This document shows positions 1 to 9,095 of a stretch of 22,602 nt of DNA, one piece after another. A model generated the notes under the pieces. That model saw only the letters and a program-made list of their open reading frames with translations. It searched no databases and had not been told where the DNA came from. The stretch's first letter is position 1. Each line of letters begins with the position of its first letter. Both the position numbers and the translations under genes were made by a program. The stretch is from Candidatus Hydrogenedentota bacterium (GTDB lineage Bacteria > Hydrogenedentota > Hydrogenedentia > Hydrogenedentales > SLHB01): contig BTWA01000061.1 of assembly GCA_045863295.1 (NCBI GenBank), positions 1 to 22,602 on the forward strand, in the 5' to 3' direction.

Positions 1-28
1 GTCAAACCCACACACCCTTTACTTAGCA

Positions 29-55
29 CCTGTCCAAAAAATGGGGGTAACTTCA
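29..55. mobile_element. Probable terminal inverted repeat of an IS3-family insertion sequence (element body, if any, lies left of the window)
   Basis: The reverse complement reads TGAAGTTACCCCCATTTTTTGGACAGG, resembling the TGAAnTnnCCCC...TTTTGGACA pattern recalled for IS3-family ends (5'-TG...CA-3'). No transposase is in the window. Confidence 0.5.
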
Positions 56-66
56 CATTTTCCCAT

Positions 67-621
67 CTAGTCAAACGAGTAAACCGTCGAAACGATCTTC
101 GCCACAGTGCCGAGCTTATTGTCAATTACAACTAGTCTCTGTTTGTGTGTCCAATTATATTTGAATTTAGTATATTCCCAGTTTGAGCGATCAAATGCCA
201 ACTTGACTTCATTTGGTTCGCCAAGCTTCTCTTCCAATTCCCGAATGCGCATCGGATCGAGTCCGTGCAGTTCCAGATACCCATTCGGATCACGGATTGA
301 GACAATAGTTTGATCTTGTTCTCTAATGATGGAAATGTCCTCATCACTATAGTAAAACAACTTTGGAAAGTCCGCAGGTGTTATCGCAAGCGGGCGACCT
401 AGAGTTTCAAGAACGAACTCAGTGGTATCCCCCACCCTTATCTTCTCAAATCCTTCCTCCGTGAAACCGGGAGCATATATTGTGAAGTAAGCGTTATCAT
501 ACATATAATGCCACGTAATCTTGGCCAGGTACATAATTGGCGCTAAAATGGCTGTAGTCAAAAACACAACGTAAAACGCGTTCCTCCCGAATTTAAATGG
601 CGCTTTTTTACTAAAGGTCAT
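67..621 (-). CDS. Putative Rhs immunity protein, membrane-anchored, with SmpA/OmlA(BamE)-like motif (~184 aa)
   Basis: ATG at 621 (alternative 630) overlaps the Rhs stop at 611-613. N-terminal hydrophobic helix (FYVVFLTTAILAPIMYLA), then FTEEGFEKIRVGDTTEFVLETLGRP. Low GC, like the toxin tip. Confidence 0.7.
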   Translation of the reverse strand: MTFSKKAPFKFGRNAFYVVFLTTAILAPIMYLAKITWHYMYDNAYFTIYAPGFTEEGFEKIRVGDTTEFVLETLGRPLAITPADFPKLFYYSDEDISIIREQDQTIVSIRDPNGYLELHGLDPMRIRELEEKLGEPNEVKLAFDRSNWEYTKFKYNWTHKQRLVVIDNKLGTVAKIVSTVYSFD

Positions 622-1815
622 AATGTACATTGCCGGTTTTGGGCTCTCTTCCCAAAAGAGGTGGCATTCTCCATTGAACTTCTGGATCCTCGTCGGTTTT
701 TTTGATATTGGGGTTAGGGGGAAACCAGTACCGATCGGGATCACCTTTCGGCTTACTTTCATCCTGCACAGCATTGCATGGCTGAGCTGGTGCAACAGGG
801 ACATTACCTGGTTCACATGACAAAGCACTTGGTCGGCCATCGTCACCACAACGTAATTTGCATGTGGCATTGTTTGGCACTTTGACCGCGCCATTGGGTC
901 CGTACACAGCATCAACGTCATATGTTTCACCTGCTTCAACAGGCAATGTCGTGTCGCCATCCCTAGAATGATAAGACTCTGGAACATATGAGTATCCGGT
1001 AAGGTCGGTACAATTCCCGGCAACAATGAGATCACCCAAACCGTATTTATCCGTTCTCATAATAGGATTGGATCGTACATAGCCATACATGTTCGGCCCA
1101 TCAATCATGGACAACGGATCGCGAGTCATCCAACGTGTAGTAACGGAATCGTAGGAGCGAAAGAAAGCTAAATGCGCACCTGATTGCGATTCCCGTTCAA
1201 TTCCTCCAAAGGATTTAGTTAGTGCCTGGGATGCCGTTGCACTGAAATATGAGCCGAAAGGAGCGAACTCGGAACTACCAACATGTTCGGAGGAATCGTC
1301 GTAATAGGACCGTATTGAACCAAGATGATCGTGAACGTATATAGTATAGTCGCTGGCTGCGGGATCGTTACCATCAACATGTCCCGCCCTATCCAGCAAA
1401 TACAATCGTGTTAGCTCCCCCGCACCATCGTCTTCACAAAGTGGCGTCCGGCCTCTGTGCCAGCGATACACCGTAGTTTGCGAGTTGGCTACTCGTACTC
1501 GCCGTTGTTTACTGGCGGAATACTCATACGTCACCTCGCCTTCGCCGGGGAAGTCGCTGTCGACGTTGTAGAGCATGCTTCCGTAGCGGTAGGCGTAGTC
1601 GGCGGTGAAGCTGCCGTTGGCTTTTTGGGTCATGCGGCCCCAGTCGTCGTAGGTGAAGGTGGTGGTGCCGCCGGGGGTCATGGTCATGGACGTGAGTTCG
1701 TTGGCGTTGTTGCAGGTGAAGGTGGTGGTGGTTTTGAGGTTGGAGCCGGTGAAGCGGATGTCGTCGATGTCGGCGGTTTGCCAGAAGCCGGTGCTGAACA
1801 GGGATTGGGCGGAGG
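611..1815 (-). pseudogene. Orphan, N-terminally truncated Rhs (YD-repeat) protein: core remnant plus ~141-aa C-terminal toxin domain
   Basis: YD-type repeats (FTYDDWGRMT, VHDHLGSIR) and the Rhs core end RWMTRDPLSMIDGPNMYGYVRSNPIMRTDKYGL. Upstream of ~1815 the frame runs into repeat DNA, with no credible start or RBS. Confidence 0.85.
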
Positions 1816-1838
1816 TGCGGGTACGACGAGGAGTTTTA

Positions 1839-1877
1839 TCCGCAGATGAACGCCGATGGGCGCAGATGGGACGATTT
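1839..1877. repeat. 39-bp dispersed repeat, copy 1 (TCCGCAGATGAACGCCGAT.GGCGCAGATGGGACGATTT)
   Basis: Matches 2321-2359 at 38 of 39 positions. Confidence 0.9.
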
Positions 1878-1978
1878 AATGGAAGGCGGATATTGCGGGT
1901 GTGCAGGTTGTAGGTGGGCGATGCCTGCATGGGGCTTCCTTTCGCGTTGAAGGCATTTTAGTTTAGTACGGAGAAGAA

Positions 1979-2036
1979 GACAAAGCGGAGCTTTTCGGGA
2001 GCGCGTTCCCAAGCGGAAGCTTGGGAACGAGGGAAA
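1979..2036. repeat. REP-like palindromic element (CGTTCCCAAGC-GGAA-GCTTGGGAACG)
   Basis: Perfect 11-bp stem at 2004-2029. An internally deleted derivative (GACAAAGCGGCGCTTTCGGGAACGAGGGAAA) is at 2228-2258. Confidence 0.75.
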
Positions 2037-2320
2037 TTTTTGGAAGTGGAGTGGGTCTCGTGAGTCCGGTGGGGTGGTTCGGAAGCGAGGCCGCGAAAGT
2101 CGGAAGGAAGCAATGGACAGAATGGACGAAAAGGACAAAAATTGAATGAGGGCGATGAAGGGCGCTCTTTTGTGTTGACGGCTACCGCGTGAATCCGGGA
2201 TTTGGTAGACAGACGATCAAGTCCAATGACAAAGCGGCGCTTTCGGGAACGAGGGAAAGGACGTTTTCACCACAGAGACACAAAGCGCACGGAGAGATGT
2301 GAACACAAGGACCGTTTTCG

Positions 2321-2359
2321 TCCGCAGATGAACGCCGATTGGCGCAGATGGGACGATTT
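2321..2359. repeat. 39-bp dispersed repeat, copy 2
   Basis: Matches 1839-1877 at 38 of 39 positions. Confidence 0.9.
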
Positions 2360-2371
2360 GAGGGGAAGCGA

Positions 2372-2810
2372 CGATGGATGGGGGTGTGTTTTTGAGGTGG
2401 TTGGTTTTTGGTGGGATGGTTTTGGGTGGTTGTGCGGGAGCAAGCTCCCTTGGGTAAGGCGGGAGCAAGCTTCCGCACTCCATAGTGGGAGCGGCTCCTT
2501 GTGCGGCGGGTGGAGTTCGTCGACGGATAGGGCCGATGGATGCGGGTGTGTTTGAGGTGGCTGGTTCTTTGTTGGGACGGTTTTGGGTGGTTGTGCGGGA
2601 GCAAGCTCCCTTGGGTAAGGCGGGAGCAAGCTTCCGCACTCCATAGTGGGAGCGGCTCCTTGTGCGGCGGGTGGAGTTCGTCGACGGATAGGGCCGATGG
2701 ATGCGGGTGTGTTTGAGGTGGCTGGTTTTTGGTGGGATGGTTGTGGGGGGTTGTTCGGGAGCAAGCTCCCTTGGGTAGGGCGGGAGCAAGCTCCCGCAGG
2801 CCAGAGTGGG
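2372..2810. repeat. Tandem repeat of ~161-bp unit (~2.7 copies), each with a doublet of GGGAGCAAGCT(C/T)CC REP-like palindromes
   Basis: TGTGCGGGAGCAAGCTCCCTTGGGTA recurs at 2431, 2592 and, slightly diverged, at 2752 (periods 161 and 160). The intervening DNA is near-identical. Confidence 0.92.
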
Positions 2811-2979
2811 AATGGATCCTTCGCGTGGCGGGAGCCTCTGGAGCGGAGGCCCCGAGCCACCGGCTGCCTCCTTCACATCGTTGCCAACGCTCCTGTGCCA
2901 GGCGCCCTTCCCGGCGACGGCATCGCGGCGAGTACTGAAAAACGGCCTCGGCGCGGAGACGCTTCGAAAACGCTGATCG

Positions 2980-4353
2980 TTACGTTTCCGGTTCCACTGG
3001 CTTCGGGAGAGTCGCGTCTGTTTCCTTCGCGAATGTCTCCAGCATCTGCCGGAGTTTGGCCGTGATGTCAGGGTGATCGGCGGCGACGTTGGTGCGTTCT
3101 TCGAAGTCTTGTTCGATTTGGAATAGTTCTTCCTGGCCGCTGGCGAGTTGGAGTTTCCATGGGCCTTTGCGGACGGCGTCGAGTCGCGACCCTAGGAAGT
3201 AGTAGTGCACTTCATTCGGCGATTGGCTCGTCTCCCCTTGCAGCAGGGGCAGCAGATTCACACCGTCAATGGGGCGATCGCCGGGCACGGCAACGCCGGC
3301 GGCAGTCAGCGCAGTCGGAAGAATGTCCATGGTGCTGCCCATTTCCTGGATCAGCTGACCTGCGGGGATATGTCCCGGCCAGCGGAAGAGCGCGGGCACG
3401 CGCACGCCGCCTTCGTAGGTGCTGCCTTTGGATTCACGGAAGGGTCCCGGCGATCCGACATGCCATGGTTTGTTGTCCAGGCCGTCGGGACCCGGTTGCA
3501 GCATGCGGTCTGGGGTGCTCTGCCACGGACCGTTGTCGCTGGTCCACATGACCAGTGTGTTGTCATCCAGGCCGTGGTCGCGCAGGGCCTTGATGATTTG
3601 TCCGGCGCTATGATCGAGTTCCTCAATGACGTCGCCGTAGAGCCCGCCTTTCGAGGCGCCCCTGAATTCAGCGGACGCTCCCAGAGGCAAATGCGACATG
3701 GAGTACGGCAGATAAAGAAAGAACGGGCGATCCCTGTTCTCCTTGATGAACTTCACAGCTTCTTCCGTGTATAGGGCAGTCAGCGTGTTCTGATCGACAG
3801 GGGCGTCGATGGGTTCGGTGTCCCGATAAAGGCGCAGTGGCCGGTCGGTTTGTACCCAGGGCTTGATCATGTCATTGCTGTAGAGGAGGCCGAAGTATTC
3901 GTCAAACCCATGCGACGTGGGCATGAATTCCGGCTTGGCATGGCCGAGATGCCATTTGCCGACGATCTTGGTTTTGTATCCCGCCGCTTTGAGTGCATTG
4001 GCCAGGGTGATCTCCGAGGCCGGCAGGCCGGTTTCCGATTCCGGTCCGAGCACATTGGCGACTCCTCCGGGTCGCACCGGGTAGCGGCCGGTCAACAAGG
4101 CCGCCCGCGAAGGCGTACATGCGGGACACGCGTAGAAGGTGGTAAGCCGGGCGCCTTCGGCCGCGAGTGCATCAAGGTTGGGTGTTTTAATGACGGGATT
4201 GCCGTAACAGGCGAGATCGCCGTATCCGAGGTCGTCCGCAAAGAGCAGGACAATATTCGGCGTTTTTGGGGACGATCCCGTTGCCTGGGCACGGGCCAAG
4301 ACCGCGGCGGCAGATGCCACGGTTGTGGCGAGGAACTGTCTGCGTGACGTCAT
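2980..4353 (-). CDS. Sulfatase (formylglycine-dependent, arylsulfatase A-like) with Tat signal peptide
   Basis: MTSRRQFL twin-arginine signal; PNIVLLFADDLGYGD; catalytic CTPSRAALLTGR (CTPSR at 4105-4119); GKWHLG; SDNG; KGSTYEGGVRVP. Confidence 0.96.
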   Translation of the reverse strand: MTSRRQFLATTVASAAAVLARAQATGSSPKTPNIVLLFADDLGYGDLACYGNPVIKTPNLDALAAEGARLTTFYACPACTPSRAALLTGRYPVRPGGVANVLGPESETGLPASEITLANALKAAGYKTKIVGKWHLGHAKPEFMPTSHGFDEYFGLLYSNDMIKPWVQTDRPLRLYRDTEPIDAPVDQNTLTALYTEEAVKFIKENRDRPFFLYLPYSMSHLPLGASAEFRGASKGGLYGDVIEELDHSAGQIIKALRDHGLDDNTLVMWTSDNGPWQSTPDRMLQPGPDGLDNKPWHVGSPGPFRESKGSTYEGGVRVPALFRWPGHIPAGQLIQEMGSTMDILPTALTAAGVAVPGDRPIDGVNLLPLLQGETSQSPNEVHYYFLGSRLDAVRKGPWKLQLASGQEELFQIEQDFEERTNVAADHPDITAKLRQMLETFAKETDATLPKPVEPET

Positions 4354-4619
4354 GGGATTCCTATCCAGTGTTACCGGCCCAAGTAGGACCGCTCTTTATT
4401 TCGCCCATGTTAAGCATTGGCGATTTCATCCGCCGAACACCGAAGGGGAGCGCCTGTGCATCATTGAACAGTGGGCAGGATGGATGCAAGGGTTCATAGC
4501 ACGGCGTTGGACACCTCTTGCGGCGGGTTGGTAGTATACGGCTCGCGTGCCGGGCGGCGTTCCGGGCTTGCCGTTGGCGACAAGGCGTTATCTTCATTTA
4601 TAAAGCGAGGATCGAGACC

Positions 4620-5450
4620 GTGCGCAGATTTCGAAGTGGTTTGAGAGGTGTGGTTTGTGGTGGTCTTTTGGCGGGGTTGGCGTTGACCCAGGCGGGGTGC
4701 AAGGTCGAGGCTCCTTGGTCGCCTTATGAAGACCCGGAGTTTACGCCGGGCGCCCCGGAGAAGCCGGATGCCGCGGGCGGGGACACCGCAGAAATCACGC
4801 TGTTGGACGTAGGCGACGTGGAGCAGACAATCTGGCTGGAAGGCCGGGTGGCGAGCGAATCCAAGGCCGCAAACGTGAAAGAGACGGAACTGGAAACGGA
4901 TCAGTTCAATCGCTTGGCCCTTCTTACCATCGATATTGCGCCGCCGGTACCGAAAGAGCTTTGGCTGAATTATATCGTTGAGACCAATCAGCGGTTTGCC
5001 ACAGAGCCCGTCGCATTGCGCGCCAAGGCGATGCGGGACAACGTGGAACTCGGCAGCATGTCCGGCGTGCTGGGCAAAGATGCCACGAAAAACACGATTA
5101 CGATGCGCGTAAATGCATTTCAAGGGTTGACCGAGTTTCCCGGAACGATGTTGATCAAGTTGGATTCCGAATCGATCATATTGAAAGCGGGCACGGATGA
5201 GACGACGGTCGATGCGGCGACGGTTACTTCCGATCGCATGACAAAAGCGATGAAGTTCAATCCCGTACGAATCAACATATTGGAGGAGCAGCCGAACGCC
5301 GTGTCTGCCGCGCCTCCGGTCGATGCCCCTGCACCTGCGGCCGTGCCTGAAGCAGCACCTGCTCCGGCTGATCCCGGTGCCGCACCTGAGGCGGCTCCGG
5401 CGCCGGATCCGAATGCGGCCCCCGCCGCTGAATCCAGCGCGGTGCAATGA
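4620..5450 (+). CDS. Hypothetical lipoprotein with Pro/Ala-rich C-terminal tail
   Basis: GTG at 4620 after GAGG. Basic N-terminus, hydrophobic stretch and lipobox-like TQAG-C. ATGA overlap with the next gene. Confidence 0.75.
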   Translation: MRRFRSGLRGVVCGGLLAGLALTQAGCKVEAPWSPYEDPEFTPGAPEKPDAAGGDTAEITLLDVGDVEQTIWLEGRVASESKAANVKETELETDQFNRLALLTIDIAPPVPKELWLNYIVETNQRFATEPVALRAKAMRDNVELGSMSGVLGKDATKNTITMRVNAFQGLTEFPGTMLIKLDSESIILKAGTDETTVDAATVTSDRMTKAMKFNPVRINILEEQPNAVSAAPPVDAPAPAAVPEAAPAPADPGAAPEAAPAPDPNAAPAAESSAVQ

Positions 5451-6250
5451 AGATCATTTGTATTGGCGCGCACCCGGACGATGCGGAATTTTACACGGGC
5501 GGCACCGCGCTGAAGTGGGTGGATGAAGGCCACAGCGTGCTGTTGGTGTCCATGACCAATGGCGACATAGGTCACTTTCGGGAATCGGGCGGAGCGCTCG
5601 CACAGCGCCGTTCCCGGGAGGCACATCTTTCCGCGGAGCGCGGCGGCATGCAGGGAATCACGCTCGGTTACCACGACGGCGAACTGCAACCCACGATCGA
5701 AGCCCGCAAGGAAGTGGTCCGCTTGATTCGACGCTGGGAAGCCGACATCGTCATCACGCACCGGCCAAATGATTACCATCCCGACCACCGGTACACGTCC
5801 ATTCTTGTTCAAGACGCGGCATTCATGGTGACGGTTCCCTATTTCTGCCCGGAGGCACCGCGTATGGAGCGCAATCCCATCTTTCTATATATGATGGATG
5901 GATTTCAGCGCCCTGTGCCATTCAGGCCGGACATCGCAGTGGACATTTCCGGTGTTATCGATCGCAAAGTGGATATGCTGGATGCCATGGATTCGCAAAT
6001 GTACGAATGGTTGCCGTGGTTGCACGGCACCATCGATCAGGTACCGGCGCCAGGTCCCGGCCGCAAGGTCTGGTTGCGGTCGACGCTGGAACCGATTCTG
6101 GTGAAGCACACGGAGTTGGCGAAACCCGGATTGGATAAGTGGTATGGAAAGCGCAAATCGAAATCGGTCCGGCAAGCGGAAGCATTTGAGATCTGTGAGT
6201 ACGGACATCAGCCCAACGACGAGGAAATCCGCCGTCTGTTTCCCTTCTGA
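5447..6250 (+). CDS. PIG-L/LmbE family deacetylase
   Basis: GAHPDDAE and DYHPDH metal-binding motifs; MTNGDIG; R..EA segment. Confidence 0.93.
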   Translation: MKIICIGAHPDDAEFYTGGTALKWVDEGHSVLLVSMTNGDIGHFRESGGALAQRRSREAHLSAERGGMQGITLGYHDGELQPTIEARKEVVRLIRRWEADIVITHRPNDYHPDHRYTSILVQDAAFMVTVPYFCPEAPRMERNPIFLYMMDGFQRPVPFRPDIAVDISGVIDRKVDMLDAMDSQMYEWLPWLHGTIDQVPAPGPGRKVWLRSTLEPILVKHTELAKPGLDKWYGKRKSKSVRQAEAFEICEYGHQPNDEEIRRLFPF

Positions 6251-6281
6251 TGCAATCGGCCAACGTTCGAGGAGGCTTTGT

Positions 6282-6983
6282 ATGTTTGCTTTCATCCGTC
6301 GCACGTCGGTTTGCATGGCCTGTATCACCATTCCCCTGCTCTTCTCCCCCTTTACCTCGCAAGCGCAAACCTCCTACGGTCCGGTGGTGGAATCCAAAGG
6401 CAAGGCGACGGCCGATGCCATGCCGGACTACGTGGAATTCCGGTTGCGCCTCGCACAATCCGGCGCGACCACGGAGGAAGCCGCCAAAAAGGCATCGGTA
6501 CTGGAAGCGAAAGTGCGTGCCGCATTAAAAGAAAAGGAAATCAACTTCACCAGTCTGACGACCCACGGTCCGGTCGTCTCCTCAATCCTTCGCCCCTCCG
6601 TGTATTACGAAGTCACGTTGCAGATACCGCTTTCGGTGGTGCGGCTGGCCGACGGCGACCCGTCGAAGTTTGGCGCGCTGTGCGATTCCATCGCGCTGTT
6701 GGCCAAGGAATTGGGCTGTGGTTTCTTCGGTCCCAAGTTCGGAGTCACTAAACCCGCGGATTACGAGCGCAACGCCGTGGCGCGCGCCGTGGAGACGGCA
6801 TACATTCACGGCGAAGCCGTGGCATCCGCAATGAAAACGGAGATCTCGTCCGTAGAGCAGGTCATCGTCGAAAAGGTGGAATGGAATACGGAGCAGGCCG
6901 ATCCGCCCGCGCCGGGCATCGCGCGCGTCGTATGTACGGCAAACGTCCGAGTGCTGTACACCTGCACGCCCACCGGCCGCTGA
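6282..6983 (+). CDS. SIMPL (DUF541) domain exported protein
   Basis: GGAGG RBS then ATG at 6282; signal peptide; SKGKATADAMPDYVEFRL and the ERNAVARAVETAYIHGEAVA pattern of the SIMPL family. Confidence 0.75.
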   Translation: MFAFIRRTSVCMACITIPLLFSPFTSQAQTSYGPVVESKGKATADAMPDYVEFRLRLAQSGATTEEAAKKASVLEAKVRAALKEKEINFTSLTTHGPVVSSILRPSVYYEVTLQIPLSVVRLADGDPSKFGALCDSIALLAKELGCGFFGPKFGVTKPADYERNAVARAVETAYIHGEAVASAMKTEISSVEQVIVEKVEWNTEQADPPAPGIARVVCTANVRVLYTCTPTGR

Positions 6984-7049
6984 TCATAAACCGTTCACTC
7001 CGCCGGGTCGCTTTGCGGAGTGCAATGAGAATCAATCTGGGAGCCCACC

Positions 7050-9011
7050 ATGTCAAGAATGCTTGTTGCCGTAATGCTGCTTTTCGTGACCGCGCTGCCT
7101 TCCGGGGCGGATTCCGCCCGTGAATGCGACGTAGTAGTCGTGGGCGCGACGCCGGGCGGAATCGCGGCGGCAGTGACGGCGGCGCGTCTGGGGCAGAACG
7201 TGGTGCTGATTGAATATCGCAGCCACGTGGGCGGCCTGTCCGCAAGCGGACTGGGAAAATCGGATATCGTCGTCGGCGGAGCGGTGGGCGGTATCTGGAC
7301 CGAATTCAAGAAGCGCATTCACGATCACTATGTTGCAGCATACGGCGCGGATTCGGAGGCAGTGAAAATCTGTAAGGCAGGTACGTTCTACGAGCCGCAC
7401 GTGGCCGAATCCGTGTTCATGGACATGCTGTCCGACGCGGGCGTCGACCTATTTAAGAAACACCGCCTTATGGAAGCCATTCGCAATGGAGACCGATTGA
7501 CGGCCGTGCGGGTCAAGAATCGCGAAAGCGGCAAGATCAGGGAATTTCGAGCGCAGGTTTTCGTGGATGGAACCTACGAGGGAGACTTGGCGGCATTTGC
7601 CGGTGCGGCGTATCGATTGGGCCGTGAATCGCGGACTGAGTTCAACGAACCGCACGCAGGCGTCATTTACATGGATCACTCATCGAGAAAATTCCTGCCG
7701 GGTACCACGGGCGAGGGCGATGATCGATTGCCTGCATTTACCTATCGCTTATGCCTGACCAATCAGCCAGAAAACAGTGTCCCGGTGGCCATGCCGGAAG
7801 GCTACGATCGGAATCGGTATACCAATTATTTCCTGGATCTCAAGTTGGGACGCTTGGACACCATTGTAAAGGCGCTTTCGATTGCGCCCATCCCCAACGG
7901 CAAATTCGATGCCAACATGAAGCCATGGCCGCTCGGCTTTCCCTTCGCGGAAGAAAATATCGGGTATATCGAGGCGGACTGGGACGAACGCGAGGCGATG
8001 GAGGCTCACCTGCGCAATCTCACGCTGGGGCTGGTGTACTTCCTTCAAAACGATCCCGAAATTGCTGATGAGCAAAGGAATGACGCACTCCAATACGGAC
8101 TTCCCAAGGATGAATTCCTGGATACCGGTCATTTTCCGTGGGCATTGTACGTGCGCGAAGGGCGGCGCATTGTAGGCGAATATACGCTGACTGAAAACGA
8201 TGTCACCTATGGTCCAGGAATGATGCGCGCGCCCATTCATCGCGATGCCGTGGCCACAGGCGAGTTTCCGATCGACGCGTTTCCCACACGCAAATACGAA
8301 CCGGGTCACGAGGCCGCGCTTGAAGGCTATATCCTCATGTTGGGCGAATACACGAAGCCCTATCAGATCCCCTACGGCTGCATGGTGCCGGAGAAAGTCA
8401 ACGGGTTAATTGCTCCCGTGCCGGTATCGGCAACGCATATCGCGTTTTCGACCGTGCGCCTGGAACCGACTTGGCTGAGCCTCGGACAGGCGGCTGGCAT
8501 CGCGGCCGATCTTGCAATTCGAGGCGAAACCGAGATCCGGGATGTGTCCATCGATGCACTGCAGGCCAAACTCATCGCCGAAGGTCAAGTGCTCTCCTAT
8601 TTCTCCGACATCGATGCCGCCAGCCCCTATTGGAGTGCTGTACAACGGTTGGGAACAGAGGGGTTCTTTGATTCCTACCTTGCGCGCCTTGATGCGCCGC
8701 TGACGAACCACGACGCAATTCTCTGGTTGAATCGGCTCGTCGAACACTCTCCGATTGCCGAAGCGATTTCCTCGGTTCCGCACACCTACGAATCAGCCAC
8801 CGTCCGACTGCGGGCGCTCAACCTGTTGGACCCCGTGTCAATCGAGGAAGACGCCGCCTGTTCTCCCTCGCAATGGAAGGCTTGGATGGATCGGCTCCTG
8901 CATGTCACTGGATGGACCGCGACCCCACCCCCGATGGATGCTTCTCCCGCCACCCTGAGCCGTGGCGCGGCCTGCATGAGTATCGACACGCTTCTATTCG
9001 GGGATCACTGA
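7050..9011 (+). CDS. Exported FAD-dependent oxidoreductase (FAD_oxidored family) with C-terminal SLH-like segment
   Basis: Signal peptide; DVVVVGATPGGIAAAVTAAR; GGLSASGLG; FVDGTYEGDL; LYVREGRRIVG; SATHIAFSTVRLEP; tail FSDIDAASPYWSAVQRL. Confidence 0.92.
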   Translation: MSRMLVAVMLLFVTALPSGADSARECDVVVVGATPGGIAAAVTAARLGQNVVLIEYRSHVGGLSASGLGKSDIVVGGAVGGIWTEFKKRIHDHYVAAYGADSEAVKICKAGTFYEPHVAESVFMDMLSDAGVDLFKKHRLMEAIRNGDRLTAVRVKNRESGKIREFRAQVFVDGTYEGDLAAFAGAAYRLGRESRTEFNEPHAGVIYMDHSSRKFLPGTTGEGDDRLPAFTYRLCLTNQPENSVPVAMPEGYDRNRYTNYFLDLKLGRLDTIVKALSIAPIPNGKFDANMKPWPLGFPFAEENIGYIEADWDEREAMEAHLRNLTLGLVYFLQNDPEIADEQRNDALQYGLPKDEFLDTGHFPWALYVREGRRIVGEYTLTENDVTYGPGMMRAPIHRDAVATGEFPIDAFPTRKYEPGHEAALEGYILMLGEYTKPYQIPYGCMVPEKVNGLIAPVPVSATHIAFSTVRLEPTWLSLGQAAGIAADLAIRGETEIRDVSIDALQAKLIAEGQVLSYFSDIDAASPYWSAVQRLGTEGFFDSYLARLDAPLTNHDAILWLNRLVEHSPIAEAISSVPHTYESATVRLRALNLLDPVSIEEDAACSPSQWKAWMDRLLHVTGWTATPPPMDASPATLSRGAACMSIDTLLFGDH

Positions 9012-9023
9012 CTCGACGGAAGC

Positions 9024-9054
9024 CCATAACTCACTTTTCATAAGGGAGTTATGG
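9024..9054 (+). terminator. Stem-loop after the oxidoreductase gene, possible terminator
   Basis: CCATAACTC...GAGTTATGG 9-bp inverted repeat 12 nt after the stop; no strong U-tract. Confidence 0.45.
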
Positions 9055-9095
9055 CGCGCGCCCGCACTTTTCTCCAGTCCTGAAAAAGAAAGGTA

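Noticed and set aside
631..1035. N-terminal extension of the 322-aa ORF 67-1035
   Set aside because: It overlaps the Rhs toxin tip in another frame; the coupled start at 621/630 is more plausible.
1816..1930. ATG 1930 as the true start of the Rhs gene
   Set aside because: The first ~38 codons run through a dispersed repeat and look non-coding.
2372..2810. CRISPR array
   Set aside because: The DNA between the palindromes is itself repeated (no unique spacers), the period of 161 bp is too long, and no cas genes are present.
1836..3065. ORFs across the repeat region (e.g. 2217-2876, 2267-2860, 2182-2604, 2646-3065)
   Set aside because: They are translations of tandem and REP-like DNA, open in several frames, with no RBS or protein-like composition.
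5295..5445. Pro/Ala repeats as a DNA repeat element
   Set aside because: This is a low-complexity protein tail with varied codons, not a nucleotide tandem repeat.
4494..5812. Long antisense ORFs 4494-5447 and 5120-5812 (and similar shadows of other genes)
   Set aside because: They are opposite-strand shadows of well-supported GC-rich genes.
6996..7022. CACTCCGC/GCGGAGTG hairpin as a terminator
   Set aside because: There is no U-tract and it lies in a short gap between co-oriented genes; at most an mRNA stability element.
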